In this document: piece after piece, positions 32,594 to 42,542 of the stretch | Position numbering within the stretch: the stretch's first letter is position 1 | How the letters are laid out: each line of letters starts with the position of its first letter | Source: Alphaproteobacteria bacterium | GTDB taxonomy: Bacteria > Pseudomonadota > Alphaproteobacteria > JAAXGF01 | Direction of reading: 5' to 3' | NCBI GenBank assembly: GCA_963555825.3 | Contig: CAUVXB020000002.1 | Coordinates: 1,664,001 to 1,728,000, forward strand | Length of the DNA stretch: 64,000 bases | The notes under the pieces: generated by a model | What the model saw: only the letters and a program-made list of their open reading frames with translations | Told to the model about the DNA's origin: nothing | The model's database searches: none | Made by a program: the position numbers and the translations under genes

Positions 32594-32596
32594 TAG
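31475..32596 (+). CDS. IS630 transposase
   Basis: [33 protein letters not shown]. Confidence 0.95.
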   Translation: MARVAVTISLSDDERAELEALSRRRKTSQGLARRARIVLAAAEGLENKEIAVRLEASADTVGKWRRRYAAEGLDGLYDEPRPGAPRQIGDDAIAEAVRLTLEETPPDATHWSLRSMARASGHAPSTIHRIWRAFGLQPHRSETFKLSSDPFFVEKVRDIVGLYLAPPDRALVLCVDEKSQIQALDRSQPLLPMRPGQAERRSHDYKRHGTTSLFAALDIATGEIIGKCFPRHRAREFRKFLDLVEANVPADLDIHIVMDNYGTHKTKAIRDWFAKRPRWQAHFTPTSASWLNQVERWFGLLTDKQIRRGVHRSTKELERTILDYIDTTNQNPKPFKWTKSADDILGAIQRFCLRTIEIAEQQAKIMRTSESGH

Positions 32597-32639
32597 TTCG
32601 TATTCAGGGCATATTTGCCACCGATCGGCCGGCCGCCCC

Positions 32640-34148
32640 TCAATCGCCGCCGCGCGTGAACAGATCGCGGTAGCGTTCGCGCAGTTTCGCCTTCTCGACC
32701 TTGCCCATGACGTTCTTCGGGATCGTTTCGACGAAGAACAGCGTCTTGGGCGTCTTGTAACCGGCCAGTTCGCGCTTGGCCTCGGCGATGACGGCGTCGG
32801 CGTCGAGCGCCACCCCCGGCTCGGTCGTCGCGACCGCGACGACGCCTTCGCCGAAATCCGGGTGCGGCACGCCGACGACCGCCGATTCGGCGATGCCGGC
32901 GATGCGGTCGAGCACGCTTTCGACTTCCTTGGGATAGACGTTGAAGCCGCCCGATATGATCAGATCCTTCGAGCGGCCGACGATGTGGACGTAGCCGCGC
33001 GCGTCGATCATGCCGACGTCGCCGGTCTTGAAGAATCCGTCGGCGCGAAACGCTTCGGCGGTCTTCTCGGGCTGGCGCCAATAACCCGTGAAGACGTTCG
33101 GCCCGCGCACCTCGATGTCGCCGATCGCGCCGTCGGCGAGCACCGCGCCGTCGTCAGCGCAGACCCGGACCTCGACGCCCGGCAGCGGCAAGCCGACCGA
33201 ACCGGCGATACGGTCGCCGTCGAGCGGGTTGGACGTGTTCATGTTGGTCTCGGTCATGCCGTAGCGCTCGAGGATGGCGTGACCGGTACGCGCTTCGAAG
33301 GCGGCGAAGGTCTCGGCGGACAGCGGCGCCGAACCCGAGATGAACAGCCGCATGTGGCGGCACAGCCTGGCGTCGAAATTGGGCGCCGCGAGCAGCCGGC
33401 CATAGAATGTCGGCACGCCCATCATCACCGTCGCGCGCGGCAACAGGCGGATCACCTCGTCGGCGTCGAAGCGCGGCAGGAAGATCATGCCCGTGCCGTT
33501 CATCAGCGTCACGTTGAGCGCGACGAACAGCCCGTGCGAGTGGAACAGCGGTAGCGCGTGGAGCAGCACGTCACCGGGTCCGAAGCCCCAGGTCCGATGC
33601 AGCGCCTGTGCGTTCGACGCGAGGTTGTCGTGCGTCAACATGGCGCCCTTGGGCCGGCCCGTCGTGCCCGAGGTATAGAGCATCGCCGCCAGGTCGCCGC
33701 CGCCGACCGACGCCGTCTCGAAGCTGTCGGGCAGCGCGTCGAGGGTCTCGGTCAGCGTCCCGCCGCCTTGGGCGTCGAGCGTCAGGACGGCGGTGTCGTG
33801 ACCGGTGGCGAGCGGTGAGCCGGGGTCGCAAACGATCGCGCTCGGCTCGGCGTCGGCACGGAAGTAGTCGAGCTCGGCCGCGCGGTAGCCGGTGTTGAGC
33901 GGCAGATAGACGAGGCCGGCGCGCAGGCAGGCCAGGTACAGGAACACGGCCTCGGGCGACTTCTCGGCCTGTGCCATGACGCGGTCGCCCGGTCGTGCCC
34001 CCCGGCGTGTCAGGCGATGGGCGATGCGGGCGCTTTGGCTCTCGAGGTCTGCATAGCGCAAGCGGCGCCCATCGGGCAGCTCGATGAAGCAGGTGCCCGA
34101 GTCGCCGGGAAACCGTGTCCGAACGATGTCGTAGAGATTGCTGCCCAT
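32640..34148 (-). CDS. matB: Malonyl-CoA synthetase-like acyl-CoA ligase
   Basis: YTSGTTGRPKG, HALPLFHSHGLFVA, ILERYGMTET, GRSKDLIISGG, MGKV. Confidence 0.85.
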   Translation of the reverse strand: MGSNLYDIVRTRFPGDSGTCFIELPDGRRLRYADLESQSARIAHRLTRRGARPGDRVMAQAEKSPEAVFLYLACLRAGLVYLPLNTGYRAAELDYFRADAEPSAIVCDPGSPLATGHDTAVLTLDAQGGGTLTETLDALPDSFETASVGGGDLAAMLYTSGTTGRPKGAMLTHDNLASNAQALHRTWGFGPGDVLLHALPLFHSHGLFVALNVTLMNGTGMIFLPRFDADEVIRLLPRATVMMGVPTFYGRLLAAPNFDARLCRHMRLFISGSAPLSAETFAAFEARTGHAILERYGMTETNMNTSNPLDGDRIAGSVGLPLPGVEVRVCADDGAVLADGAIGDIEVRGPNVFTGYWRQPEKTAEAFRADGFFKTGDVGMIDARGYVHIVGRSKDLIISGGFNVYPKEVESVLDRIAGIAESAVVGVPHPDFGEGVVAVATTEPGVALDADAVIAEAKRELAGYKTPKTLFFVETIPKNVMGKVEKAKLRERYRDLFTRGGD

Positions 34149-34217
34149 GTCCCGCTCGTTGCCGTCGCCGCGGCTCTAGGAACTGAGCCAAATCGGCGCG
34201 CGGGTCAAGGCCCGGCG

Positions 34218-34934
34218 TCAGGTCTTGTCGTCCTCCACGGGTGCGGCGAGCGCGGTCATCGCGGCCTCGGCCTCGGCCTCGAAGGGGGTACCGGCGGCGC
34301 CCGACGCCGCCGCGGCGGCGGCCGCGGTCTCGGCCGGCGCCGCGCGGCCGAACAGCCGCGCGATGCGGGCGTACAACAGTCGGATGGCATGCCACAGTTT
34401 GGGCAGCAGCCAGACCAGCAGGATGACGAACGCGATGAGCAGGCCGGCGACGACTTCCGGATAGTGGAAGGCGGCCCAGACGCCGCTGATCACCGCGACG
34501 TCCTCGGCCAGCGAGACACCGATGTTGGTGAACGGCTCGGGCGAGGTATTGATCAGCACCCGACTGCCCGATTTCAGGCAATGGCTGCCCGCCGCCAGCG
34601 TGCCGCCGGCGAGCGCCGCGGCGATTTCGGCGGCCGGGCCGATGTCGCCGACCGCGCCCGCGGCCAGCACCGCCGCCGCCGGGATCCGGATGAAGCTGTG
34701 GATGGCGTCCCAGCCGGTGTCGACGCCGGGCATCTTGTCGGCGAAGAATTCGACGACATACATGACGCTCGCGGCGCCGATGACCAGCGGATCCGACAGG
34801 ATGACGAGTTCGCCGGGCAACACGATATTGCCGCTCGCGCCCAGAATTCCCAGCGTCGCGACGGCGGCGTACAGATTGATGCCGCAGCCCCAGGCGACGC
34901 CCATCGAGATAACCAGCGTTTCGATGATACCCAT
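34218..34934 (-). CDS. DUF4126 family membrane protein
   Basis: GINLYA, VEFFADKMPGVD..WD.IH.FIR, INTSPEPF..SLAED. Confidence 0.85.
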   Translation of the reverse strand: MGIIETLVISMGVAWGCGINLYAAVATLGILGASGNIVLPGELVILSDPLVIGAASVMYVVEFFADKMPGVDTGWDAIHSFIRIPAAAVLAAGAVGDIGPAAEIAAALAGGTLAAGSHCLKSGSRVLINTSPEPFTNIGVSLAEDVAVISGVWAAFHYPEVVAGLLIAFVILLVWLLPKLWHAIRLLYARIARLFGRAAPAETAAAAAAASGAAGTPFEAEAEAAMTALAAPVEDDKT

Positions 34935-35322
34935 TGTGAACCGACATCCCATTTTGTTGCACCGAGGCCCGAACCGCGGGCCGGCTTCAACATTAGCTTG
35001 GCGGCGGCGGACCGTGATGGGAAGGCAAAACGGTGGCGCGATTTTGATGGCGCGGGTCCACGGTTCAAGAAGCGGCCGCGATTTTGATCCCGATCGGTGA
35101 ATGATGGCGGAACTATGCCCAATTACGCAGATTCGATAGGATTTACCGCGAAACTGCGGTCGAATTGCCAATTAGCGGTTGCGTGTTCCACACACCCACG
35201 CTAAACGCTTACCAGACGGGGTTTTTTCGGCGGGCGCTGACAATGGGCGGGCGCCGCATCGTATCAATTTTTAGTTCGCAACTGTGACGTCAGTCATAGA
35301 TATCGAGTACGGCGACCGTTAA

Positions 35323-36792
35323 CAGCCCGTTGAAAAAGGCGTCATTGACCGGGTTTCACGCCACGGCGAAGCATATCGCGGCGAAGGCGGTTTCGCCATC
35401 CTCCGAGACGATGAGGACGATCTGAACGACCAGGACGGCTCCAGCGGGCGTAACAAGCACGAACAAGGCGCCAATTCCGCCCGCCACGGCCTCCTTCGGG
35501 GTGCCGGCGCCGATGAGTTGGCGCATCAGCAACGATAGGTTGTGGCCGGCGACGTGAAGCAGGTATCGCTTGTGCACGTTCTCGCGGCCCCGAAGCCAGG
35601 TCCGGCGCATACCGCCGCGATCGAGGTTGTGGGCAAAGGAGCGCTCGACGATCTCGGCGCGCAGCTTGAAGGCTTCCCTGGCCACCCCCGATAACAGCCG
35701 GGTCCGGTTGTTGGTGACCGCCCGGCGAGCCGCATCATCTCCGTGCCAGCGCGCAAAACCCTTCTGCTTGGGCTCGGAGATCCGGCTCTTCCAGGGGCCG
35801 TCGTCGAGCGCCTTCAAGACCAACCGTGAGTGGTAGCCCTTATCGGTCACACATTCGGCCGGATCTTCGGCCGTCGGCGCCACATCCACCGCCTCGAGGT
35901 TTGCCTCGGCCGCCGCCAGGGTCTTGGGAAGCGTTGTCGTATCGCCCTCGTCGGCCGGGTGCAGCTCCGCCGCCACCACCGCGCCGGTGTCCAGATCCAC
36001 CGCGTGCTCGGGCTTGTAGGCCAGGTGCGTGGTGCCGTCCTTCATCTTGGCGATCTTGGCCTCGGGGTCGCTCCTGGAAACCCAGTCCTGGTTCGAGAGC
36101 TTCTTGCCCTTGCGCTTGCGGTCCAGACGCGCCAGGTCCTCAGCCGTGGGTGTCTCGATACCGCTCTCCTGGGCCAAGCGCTCCAGCATCCCCCGGTAAC
36201 CCTCGCCCGTGTCCCTCCGCACGATGTTGCGCAGCGCCGCGTTGGCCTCCATGGTCGAGGCATCCACCCCGATGCGCTCGCCCTTCACCAGACCCGCCTC
36301 GGCGATCAGCGCCAGGACCCAGTCAAACACCGCCGTGTGGACTTCATGGGGCAGGCGCGCGCGGGTCCGTGACAGCCAGGAATGGTCCGGCACCCGTTCC
36401 CGCCTCTCCAACAGCAGGAACTCCCGTAGCGACAGGGAATCCGAGCACCGCCACTCCAGCCCACGCTCAGAGTCGATACCCTCGAAGTAGCCCACCAGGT
36501 GCATACGGAAGTAGCGCCCGGGTGGCACCGAAGGCGCCCCCATCCTGGCCGCGTAATAGGGCTGGCAGACCGCCTCGGCGAAGCCGTCGAAGCCGCCCTC
36601 GATCAGTACCAACTGCAGGCGGTCGTAAAATACATGACCTGGCGAGCGCGGCATCTCCGACCAGCTCACCATCAAGTCCCCCTGACGATCCTTCTGCTGT
36701 CCCATCGCCATCAGCGAACCCCCCTTCAGGCCAGGACACCAGAGAATCAGACCATGCCGACTTCGTCCAGGGAAGACTTCGTCAACGGGCTG
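35323..36792 (-). mobile_element. IS1182-like element
   Basis: IRs CAGCCCGTTGAAAAAG / CTTCGTCAACGGGCTG flanked by TTAA (35319-22, 36793-96). Confidence 0.88.
35356..36711 (-). CDS. IS1182/IS5-like DDE transposase
   Basis: GAPSVPP, PDHSWLSR, VDASTMEANA, DKGY, VERSFAH. Confidence 0.9.
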   Translation of the reverse strand: MAMGQQKDRQGDLMVSWSEMPRSPGHVFYDRLQLVLIEGGFDGFAEAVCQPYYAARMGAPSVPPGRYFRMHLVGYFEGIDSERGLEWRCSDSLSLREFLLLERRERVPDHSWLSRTRARLPHEVHTAVFDWVLALIAEAGLVKGERIGVDASTMEANAALRNIVRRDTGEGYRGMLERLAQESGIETPTAEDLARLDRKRKGKKLSNQDWVSRSDPEAKIAKMKDGTTHLAYKPEHAVDLDTGAVVAAELHPADEGDTTTLPKTLAAAEANLEAVDVAPTAEDPAECVTDKGYHSRLVLKALDDGPWKSRISEPKQKGFARWHGDDAARRAVTNNRTRLLSGVAREAFKLRAEIVERSFAHNLDRGGMRRTWLRGRENVHKRYLLHVAGHNLSLLMRQLIGAGTPKEAVAGGIGALFVLVTPAGAVLVVQIVLIVSEDGETAFAAICFAVA

Positions 36793-36846
36793 TTAAGGGT
36801 GGCCGCGTTCATCTGCCATAGCAGTCAACTGGGGTGGGAAGTGAAA

Positions 36847-36977
36847 ATGCATAAAATCAAGAATTCGATCCTGGCAAGCGGGCTGACGATAGCATTGGCC
36901 GGTTGTGTCGGGATGGAGAAGGACATGGCGGCCGAGATGACGCCGGCGGGTTCGGCGTTCAATCAGGCGCTTTACGG
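36847..36977 (+). pseudogene. OmpA-family lipoprotein, 5' fragment
   Basis: MHKIKNSILASGLTIALAGC (lipobox LAGC)...FNQALYG; joins in frame to 55015-54259. Confidence 0.88.
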
Positions 36978-37022
36978 TGAGTCGGACCCGATTTCCTTGG
37001 ACACAGAATTGGCTTAATCGAA

Positions 37023-37454
37023 GTGTCCAAGGAGGACCGGAACATGACCGACAATTTTGAGAACAAAGTTGCTGTTGATGGGCCTGTGGTAAACGAGGGC
37101 GAGCTTGGCTCGTCCACGTTTTCCCCGGGCCAGGTTTCGCCGGCAGGCCCGCTGGGACTTGGCCAGCGGTGGACGGTGACGCGCAAGCGTGAGGTTGCCC
37201 TGCGGCTTTTGCGTGGCGAGCCGGTGGAACTTTTGTCGCGGCAGTTGGGCGTGGAGATTTTCCGGCTCGAGCAGTGGCGTGAGAAGGCGATCGCCGGGAT
37301 CGATGCCTCGCTCAAGGAACGCAAGGGCGATCCGGTGAAGGCGGAACTGGACATCGCCATGAAGCGGATCGGGGAGTTGATCATGCAGGTGGAACTGCTG
37401 GAGGCCAAGACGGAGACGTCCGGCCCTTTGGGGCGGCGGAGGTCGCGGCGATGA
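37023..37454 (+). CDS. IS OrfA (HTH)
   Basis: RKREVALRLLRGE...LSRQLGV..LEQWRE; ATGA overlap with orfB. Confidence 0.8.
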   Translation: MSKEDRNMTDNFENKVAVDGPVVNEGELGSSTFSPGQVSPAGPLGLGQRWTVTRKREVALRLLRGEPVELLSRQLGVEIFRLEQWREKAIAGIDASLKERKGDPVKAELDIAMKRIGELIMQVELLEAKTETSGPLGRRRSRR

Positions 37455-38362
37455 GTGCCGCCACCTCTCCCGGCACGGGTTTGGCCTACGGCCTCCAGCG
37501 GGTCTGTGCGGCCTGGGGTTTTGCCCGTTCCTCGTTCTACGCCATGAAATCCCGGCAGCAGGCCACCGCTGAGCGCCCACCAGCAAAGCGCCGGGGACCG
37601 AAGCCCTCGATCTCGGACGAGGCTCTGCTGGTGGCCATCGAGGCCGACCTGGAGGCATCCCCCTGGGAGGGCGAGGGACACCGCAAGGTCTGGGCTCGGC
37701 TTCGGGTCTGTCGTGGCATCCGTGTTTCCCGCAAGCGGGGGCTCCGGGTGATGCGCGAGAACAACCTGCTCTCGCCCCATCGCTGCCGCCGCCGTGGCGG
37801 AAATCCCCATGTCGGTGAGATCATCACCCATGCCCCCAACCTCATGTGGGGCACGGACGGCGTTCGGGTGTTCACGGTGGACGACGGCTGGGGCTGGATA
37901 TTCACCGCCATCGAGCATTGGAACGCCGAGTGCGTCGGCTGGCATGTGTGCAAGCGAGGCGACCGCTTCGCCGCCCTTCAGCCGATCTCCATGGGGCTTG
38001 CGAGGCTGTATGCCTCGACCTCCGCCGGTGCGGCGCGGGGGCTGGCCTTGCGGATGGATCACGGCTCCCAGTATCTGTCGGACCACTTCACCAACCAGAT
38101 CAAGTTCTGGGGCATCCAGCCGTCCTACGCCTTCGTCGAACAGCCCCAGACCAACGGCGTCGCCGAGAGGTTCAATCGCACGCTCAAGGAACAGATCATC
38201 CATGGCCGCATCTACCGCAACATCGCGGAGCTGCGGAACGCCGTCCGCGGGTTCGTCGAACAGTACAATGCCCAGTGGATCGTGGAGAAGAACGGCTACC
38301 TGAGCCCCGCTCAAGCTCGTCAGGCGTGGCACACCGCGATGTCACTCAGGCCCGCCGCATGA
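37451..38362 (+). CDS. IS OrfB (rve DDE integrase core)
   Basis: WGTDG, MDHGSQY, NGVAERFNRTLK. Confidence 0.9.
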   Translation: MSAATSPGTGLAYGLQRVCAAWGFARSSFYAMKSRQQATAERPPAKRRGPKPSISDEALLVAIEADLEASPWEGEGHRKVWARLRVCRGIRVSRKRGLRVMRENNLLSPHRCRRRGGNPHVGEIITHAPNLMWGTDGVRVFTVDDGWGWIFTAIEHWNAECVGWHVCKRGDRFAALQPISMGLARLYASTSAGAARGLALRMDHGSQYLSDHFTNQIKFWGIQPSYAFVEQPQTNGVAERFNRTLKEQIIHGRIYRNIAELRNAVRGFVEQYNAQWIVEKNGYLSPAQARQAWHTAMSLRPAA

Positions 38363-38397
38363 GACAAACTTGTGTCCAAGGAACCGGGTGCGATACA

Positions 38398-38568
38398 CCC
38401 AACCTTCAGGCCGCCGTACTCCTTGCGCCACCGATAGTACGTCTGCTCGGCGATGCCCAAGGTCCGGCACACTTCGGGCACCGTGTGACCGCTCGCCAGG
38501 CCGACTTCAGCCTCACGCAGCTTGCTGATGATCTGTTCCGCGGTATGTCGCTTCCGTGGCATCTTGAC
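38398..38568 (-). mobile_element. IS3-family element A, orfA 5' fragment
   Basis: MPRKRHTAEQIISKLREAEV...TYYRWRKEYGGLKVG; continues at 56464 (QARRFKELERE). Confidence 0.9.
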
Positions 38569-38635
38569 TGAGGTGGTCCCAGAAAATCGGACAGGGAGCT
38601 AAGGTGTATTCCACCGGATAACGGAGGAATACGAG

Positions 38636-38917
38636 ATGACGAATCGACGCCGGTTTACGGCGGAATTCAAGGCCCGGGTGGCGCTGGAAGCGCTGCGGGG
38701 CGACAAGACGATCCAGCAGATCGCGGCCAAGCACAAGGTGCATCCGAACCAGGTGAGCGCCTGGAAGCGCCAGGCGGTGGACGGTCTGGGCGAAGTGTTT
38801 TCGAACGGCGCCAACCGCGCTTGCCGGGATCATGAATCCGAGGTCCGCGACCTTCACGCCAAGATCGGCGAGCTGACGGTGGAACGGGATTTTTTAGCCA
38901 GAGGGCTCAAGCGATGA
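38636..38917 (+). CDS. IS3 OrfA
   Basis: RRRFTAEFKARVALEALRG...KIGELTVERDFL; TTTTTTA slip site near the 3' end. Confidence 0.9.
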   Translation: MTNRRRFTAEFKARVALEALRGDKTIQQIAAKHKVHPNQVSAWKRQAVDGLGEVFSNGANRACRDHESEVRDLHAKIGELTVERDFLARGLKR

Positions 38918-39691
38918 GCCGGGGGGAGCGCAAGGCGATGATCACACGCGACGCCCCCGAGCTGAGCTTGAGCCGTCAATGCCGCCTGCTTTCGATCGGC
39001 CGGTCCTCGTTCTATTATGCGCCCAGGGGGGAGAGCCCTTCGAGTCTGGCGCTGATGCGTCGGATCGACGAGTTGTTCATGAAGTACCCGTTCTACGGCA
39101 GCCGCCAGATGGTCCGCCAGTTGCGGCGGGACGGCGTTTGCGTCGGCCGTCACCGGGTTCGCAGGTTGATGCGATTGATAGGCCTGGAGGCGATCTATCA
39201 GGCGCCGAGAACCAGCGTGCCGCATCCCATGCACCGGATTTATCCTTATCTTCTCAAAGGGATGGCTATCGACCAGCCCAATCGGGTCTGGTGCGCCGAC
39301 ATCACCTATATCCCCGTCCAGCGTGGCTTTCTGTACCTGGTAGCGATCATGGACTGGGCGACGCGCCACGTTTTATCCTGGCGGCTGTCGAACACCATGG
39401 ACGCTGGATTCTGCGCCGAGGCCTTGGGCGACGCGCTGGCCCGCTACGGCCAGCCGGAGATATTCAATACGGATCAGGGCAGCCAGTTCACCAGCCTCGA
39501 CTGTCAATGGCGGAGCAAAAAGGGACCACCGTGGCGGTGTAAGAAGGGACCACTTGGCGGCTGCGGGCTTGTCCCCTAGTCCATGGGAGGGCCCCGCGTG
39601 CGACGCGGCGTGCCCTCAACAGGCCGACGCGGCGGCGCGCGCGGGAGGGACCTGTGGGCCCACGGGGTCAAGCGTGGGTTGGGTGGTCGGT

Positions 39692-40456
39692 TCAGTTCGC
39701 CGTCGGGGTTTGACGCCTGCGGCTCTGGTTGAGCCTGTAGCTCTCGCCATTCATCTCGAGGATGTTGACGTGGTGGGTGAGGCGGTCGAGGAGAGCGCCG
39801 GTAAGCCGCTCGGAGCCGAACACCTCGGTCCATTCGTCGAAGGGCAGATTGGTGGTGACCAGGGTCGAGCCCCGCTCGTAGCGCTGGCTGAACACCTCGA
39901 ACAGGAGCTCGGCACCGGTCTTGGACAGCGGCACGAAGCCGAGTTCGTCGACGATCAGAAGCTTGTAGGTGGCGAGCTTCTTCTGGAACCTCAGCAGCTG
40001 CTTGTCATCGCGGGCCTCGATGAGTTCGTGGACCAGCGCGGCGGCGGTGATGAAGCCGACCGAGAGGCCCTTCTGGCAGGCCGCCAGGCCGAGACCGAGG
40101 GCGATGTGGGTCTTGCCGGTGCCGCTGTTGCCGAGCGCGATGAGGTTCTCGCGGCGCTCGATGTACTCGCAGCGGGCCAGCTCCAGGACCAACGTCTTGT
40201 TGAGCGAGGGGATGACCTTGAAGTCGAAGCTATCGAGGCTCTTGATCACGGGGAAGCGCGCCGCCTTGATGCGCCGCTCGACCATGCGGCGCTCGCGGTC
40301 GATCAGCTCGAGCTCGGCAAGACGCAGAAGATAGCGAACGTGGTCGACGCCTTCCGAGGCACACTGCCGGGCGATCTTGTCGTACTCCCTCAGGAACGTC
40401 GGCAGCTTCAGCCTCTTGAGGTGGTGGACGAGCAGCACCTGCCGTGTGTCGGTCAT
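39692..40456 (-). CDS. istB: IS21 helper ATPase
   Basis: GNSGTGKT Walker A, LIVDELG, TTNLPFDEW, ALLDRLTHH. Confidence 0.94.
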   Translation of the reverse strand: MTDTRQVLLVHHLKRLKLPTFLREYDKIARQCASEGVDHVRYLLRLAELELIDRERRMVERRIKAARFPVIKSLDSFDFKVIPSLNKTLVLELARCEYIERRENLIALGNSGTGKTHIALGLGLAACQKGLSVGFITAAALVHELIEARDDKQLLRFQKKLATYKLLIVDELGFVPLSKTGAELLFEVFSQRYERGSTLVTTNLPFDEWTEVFGSERLTGALLDRLTHHVNILEMNGESYRLNQSRRRQTPTAN

Positions 40457-41952
40457 GCGCCGAGCCCCGACAGCAGGCTCATGTACGACTTGGCAGACGT
40501 CGTCGCGACCCGGGCGCGCGGCAGGTACGGATAGACGTCGAGGTTGAGTCTGGGCGGCCGCCGCTCGATGCGGCACAGTACCAAGTGCTTCACCGCATCG
40601 AAGCCGATTGCGCCGAGCCTGAGCGCGTCGCCGACCGCACCCTCGACCTCCTCGAGCCGGAAGGTCTCCAGCAGACGGAGCACCTGGACGTACTCGCGCT
40701 TGCCCGCCTTGCCCATGCGGGCTTCGAGCAGGCGTCGCAGAGTGATGAAGGCCTCGGGCAGGTTCCAGCCCGCCAACGGCGCGGCCTGGTCGAGGGCGCC
40801 GATCTTCTGCTCGATCAAGGGTAGGTAATGCAGCGGGTCGAAGATCAGGTCCTCGCTGTCGTAGGACCGGCGGTGCCGGGCAATCACCTCCGCGCCGCAA
40901 GAGATAACGACCTCGTCGACGTAGCCCCGGATCAGCACCTCACGGTGGCCGTAGGCCACGGGCACGGAATAGTCGTTGCTGCGGTAACGCACCAGCGACA
41001 GCGAACTCGCCCGTCCAGGGCGCTTGTCGCAGGCATCGTATGGTGCCGGGGGTAGAGGCAAGAAGGCTTCCCGGTCCCGTGCGAGGCGCTCGCCGATGGT
41101 CTCCTTGTGACCCCGCAGCCGCGCCGCCTGGCGCCGGCGGCACTGTCCCGCGAGAGCATCGTTGAGGGCCTCGAAGCTCTCGGCCCGCGGGACGGGGACC
41201 AGGAAGTTCCGCCGGATGAAGCCGACCAGTCCCTCGACCTTGCCTTTGTCGTTGCCCTTGCCCGGCCGGCCGAACCTGTCCTCGAACAGATAGTGGGATT
41301 GAAGTTCCGTGAAGACGCGCGTTCGCTGCCGCTTCCCATCGCCCAGGATGCGGGCGACTGCCAGCTTGGTGTTGTCGTACAGGATGGAGCGGGGGACGCC
41401 GCCGAAGAACGCAACCGCCGCGTTGTGGCCATCGCAGAACGCCTCGGTCGTCTCCGCCGGGTAGGCCTTCACGAAGCAGGCATCACTGTGGGGAAGATCG
41501 AAGGCAAGGAAGTGGACCTTGCGCGCCACGCCGCCGATCACCGCCATCGCCTCGCCGAAGTCCGCCTGGGCGTGGCCGGGGGAATGGACGAGCGGCACGA
41601 ACATCTCGCGCGACCGAAGCCGCCGCTCACGGACATAGTCCTTCACGATGGTGTAGCCGCCGGTGAACCCGTACTCGTCCCGGAGACGGTCGAAGATCCG
41701 CTTCGCCGTGTGCCGTTGCTTGTGGTGGCTGGTCCGATCGTCTTCCAGAATCCGATCGATGATCCCCGTGAACGGACCCAGCTTCGGCCGCCGTGGCGGC
41801 TTGCCGCGGCGATACCCCGGCGGCACCGAGAACGACAGCATCTTGCGTACCGTCTTGCGGTCCAGCCCGAACACCCGCGAGGCCTCGCGGGTGCTCATTC
41901 CCTCGACACGACACGCCCGCCGGACCCGCGCGTACATCTCCACCCGATACAT
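40453..41952 (-). CDS. istA: IS21 transposase
   Basis: AQADFG, LYDN, KGKVEG, NDYSVP. Confidence 0.94.
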   Translation of the reverse strand: MYRVEMYARVRRACRVEGMSTREASRVFGLDRKTVRKMLSFSVPPGYRRGKPPRRPKLGPFTGIIDRILEDDRTSHHKQRHTAKRIFDRLRDEYGFTGGYTIVKDYVRERRLRSREMFVPLVHSPGHAQADFGEAMAVIGGVARKVHFLAFDLPHSDACFVKAYPAETTEAFCDGHNAAVAFFGGVPRSILYDNTKLAVARILGDGKRQRTRVFTELQSHYLFEDRFGRPGKGNDKGKVEGLVGFIRRNFLVPVPRAESFEALNDALAGQCRRRQAARLRGHKETIGERLARDREAFLPLPPAPYDACDKRPGRASSLSLVRYRSNDYSVPVAYGHREVLIRGYVDEVVISCGAEVIARHRRSYDSEDLIFDPLHYLPLIEQKIGALDQAAPLAGWNLPEAFITLRRLLEARMGKAGKREYVQVLRLLETFRLEEVEGAVGDALRLGAIGFDAVKHLVLCRIERRPPRLNLDVYPYLPRARVATTSAKSYMSLLSGLGA

Positions 41953-42479
41953 CCCCCCGCCTTCCAGTCAGAGCAACCCTGACAGAAGGCTATACGCGGT
42001 CCCATTTTGGTCCGCCACAGCCGGATCAACCGGCCGCTTCAGTGGGGGATTATTGCGCCGCCGTTCTCACTCGACTTCACCGGCGTGCTCAAGAACGCGA
42101 GCATCCGCATCTCCATGGACGGTCGGGGCCGCTGCATGGACAACATCTTCATCCAGCGCCTGTGGCGGTCTCTCAAGTATGAGGCGGTCTACCTACACGA
42201 GCTCACCGACGGCTTCCACGCCGAACGGGTCATCGGCGAGTGGATCGGCTTCTACAACACCGAGCGGCCCCATTCGTCCCTCGACGGTCAAACGCCGGCC
42301 GAGGCCTACGGGGCCGGTCAACCTGTGGATATGATGGACAAGGCTCGCGCCTTGCCCACATCCCCACAGGCTCAACAACAGCAACAGGATGTGATAAAAA
42401 GGATTTTGGCAGCATGATCAAACAACGGAATACACCTTAACCGCGCTGCCAAACTGTCCAACAAAGTGGGACCACCTCA

Positions 42480-42542
42480 GACCTCCTCTCCAACGGCCCA
42501 AGACTAACATTCCGCCTGGGCCAGGTTTTGGGGGGCAGGTCA
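42480..42542 (-). mobile_element. IS3-family element A, left end and SD
   Basis: Minus strand TGACCTGCCCCCCA...GAGAGGAGGTC; pairs with right IR TGGGGGCAGGCCA ending at 57508. Confidence 0.85.

Larger units (their letters stand above)
36978..38397 (+). mobile_element. Two-ORF IS (IS3/IS481-like) with 14-bp target duplications, copy 1
   Basis: IRs TGAGTCGGACCCGATTTCCTTGGACACA / TGTGTCCAAGGAACCGGGTGCGATACA; 1420 bp; inverted copy at 55030-56449. Confidence 0.92.
39502..42069 (-). mobile_element. IS21-family element
   Basis: TG...CA ends with internal repeats (AAGGGACCAC x2); CTCGAC duplicated at 39496-39501 and 42070-42075; istA-istB. Confidence 0.94.
38914..42417 (+). pseudogene. IS3 OrfB interrupted by IS21 (38914-39501 + 42076-42417)
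   Basis: WCADITY...NTDQGSQFTSLD | FTGVLKNASIRISMDGRGRCMDN...SLKYE. Confidence 0.9.
38569..42479 (+). mobile_element. IS3-family element B (contains IS21)
   Basis: IRs TGAGGTGGTCCCA.. / ..TGGGACCACCTCA; GAC duplicated at 38566-68 and 42480-82. Confidence 0.93.

Noticed and set aside
32640-34148. Oxalate-CoA ligase belonging to the frc cluster
   Set aside because: It is 10 kb away on the other strand and its motifs fit MatB; nothing links it to the cluster.
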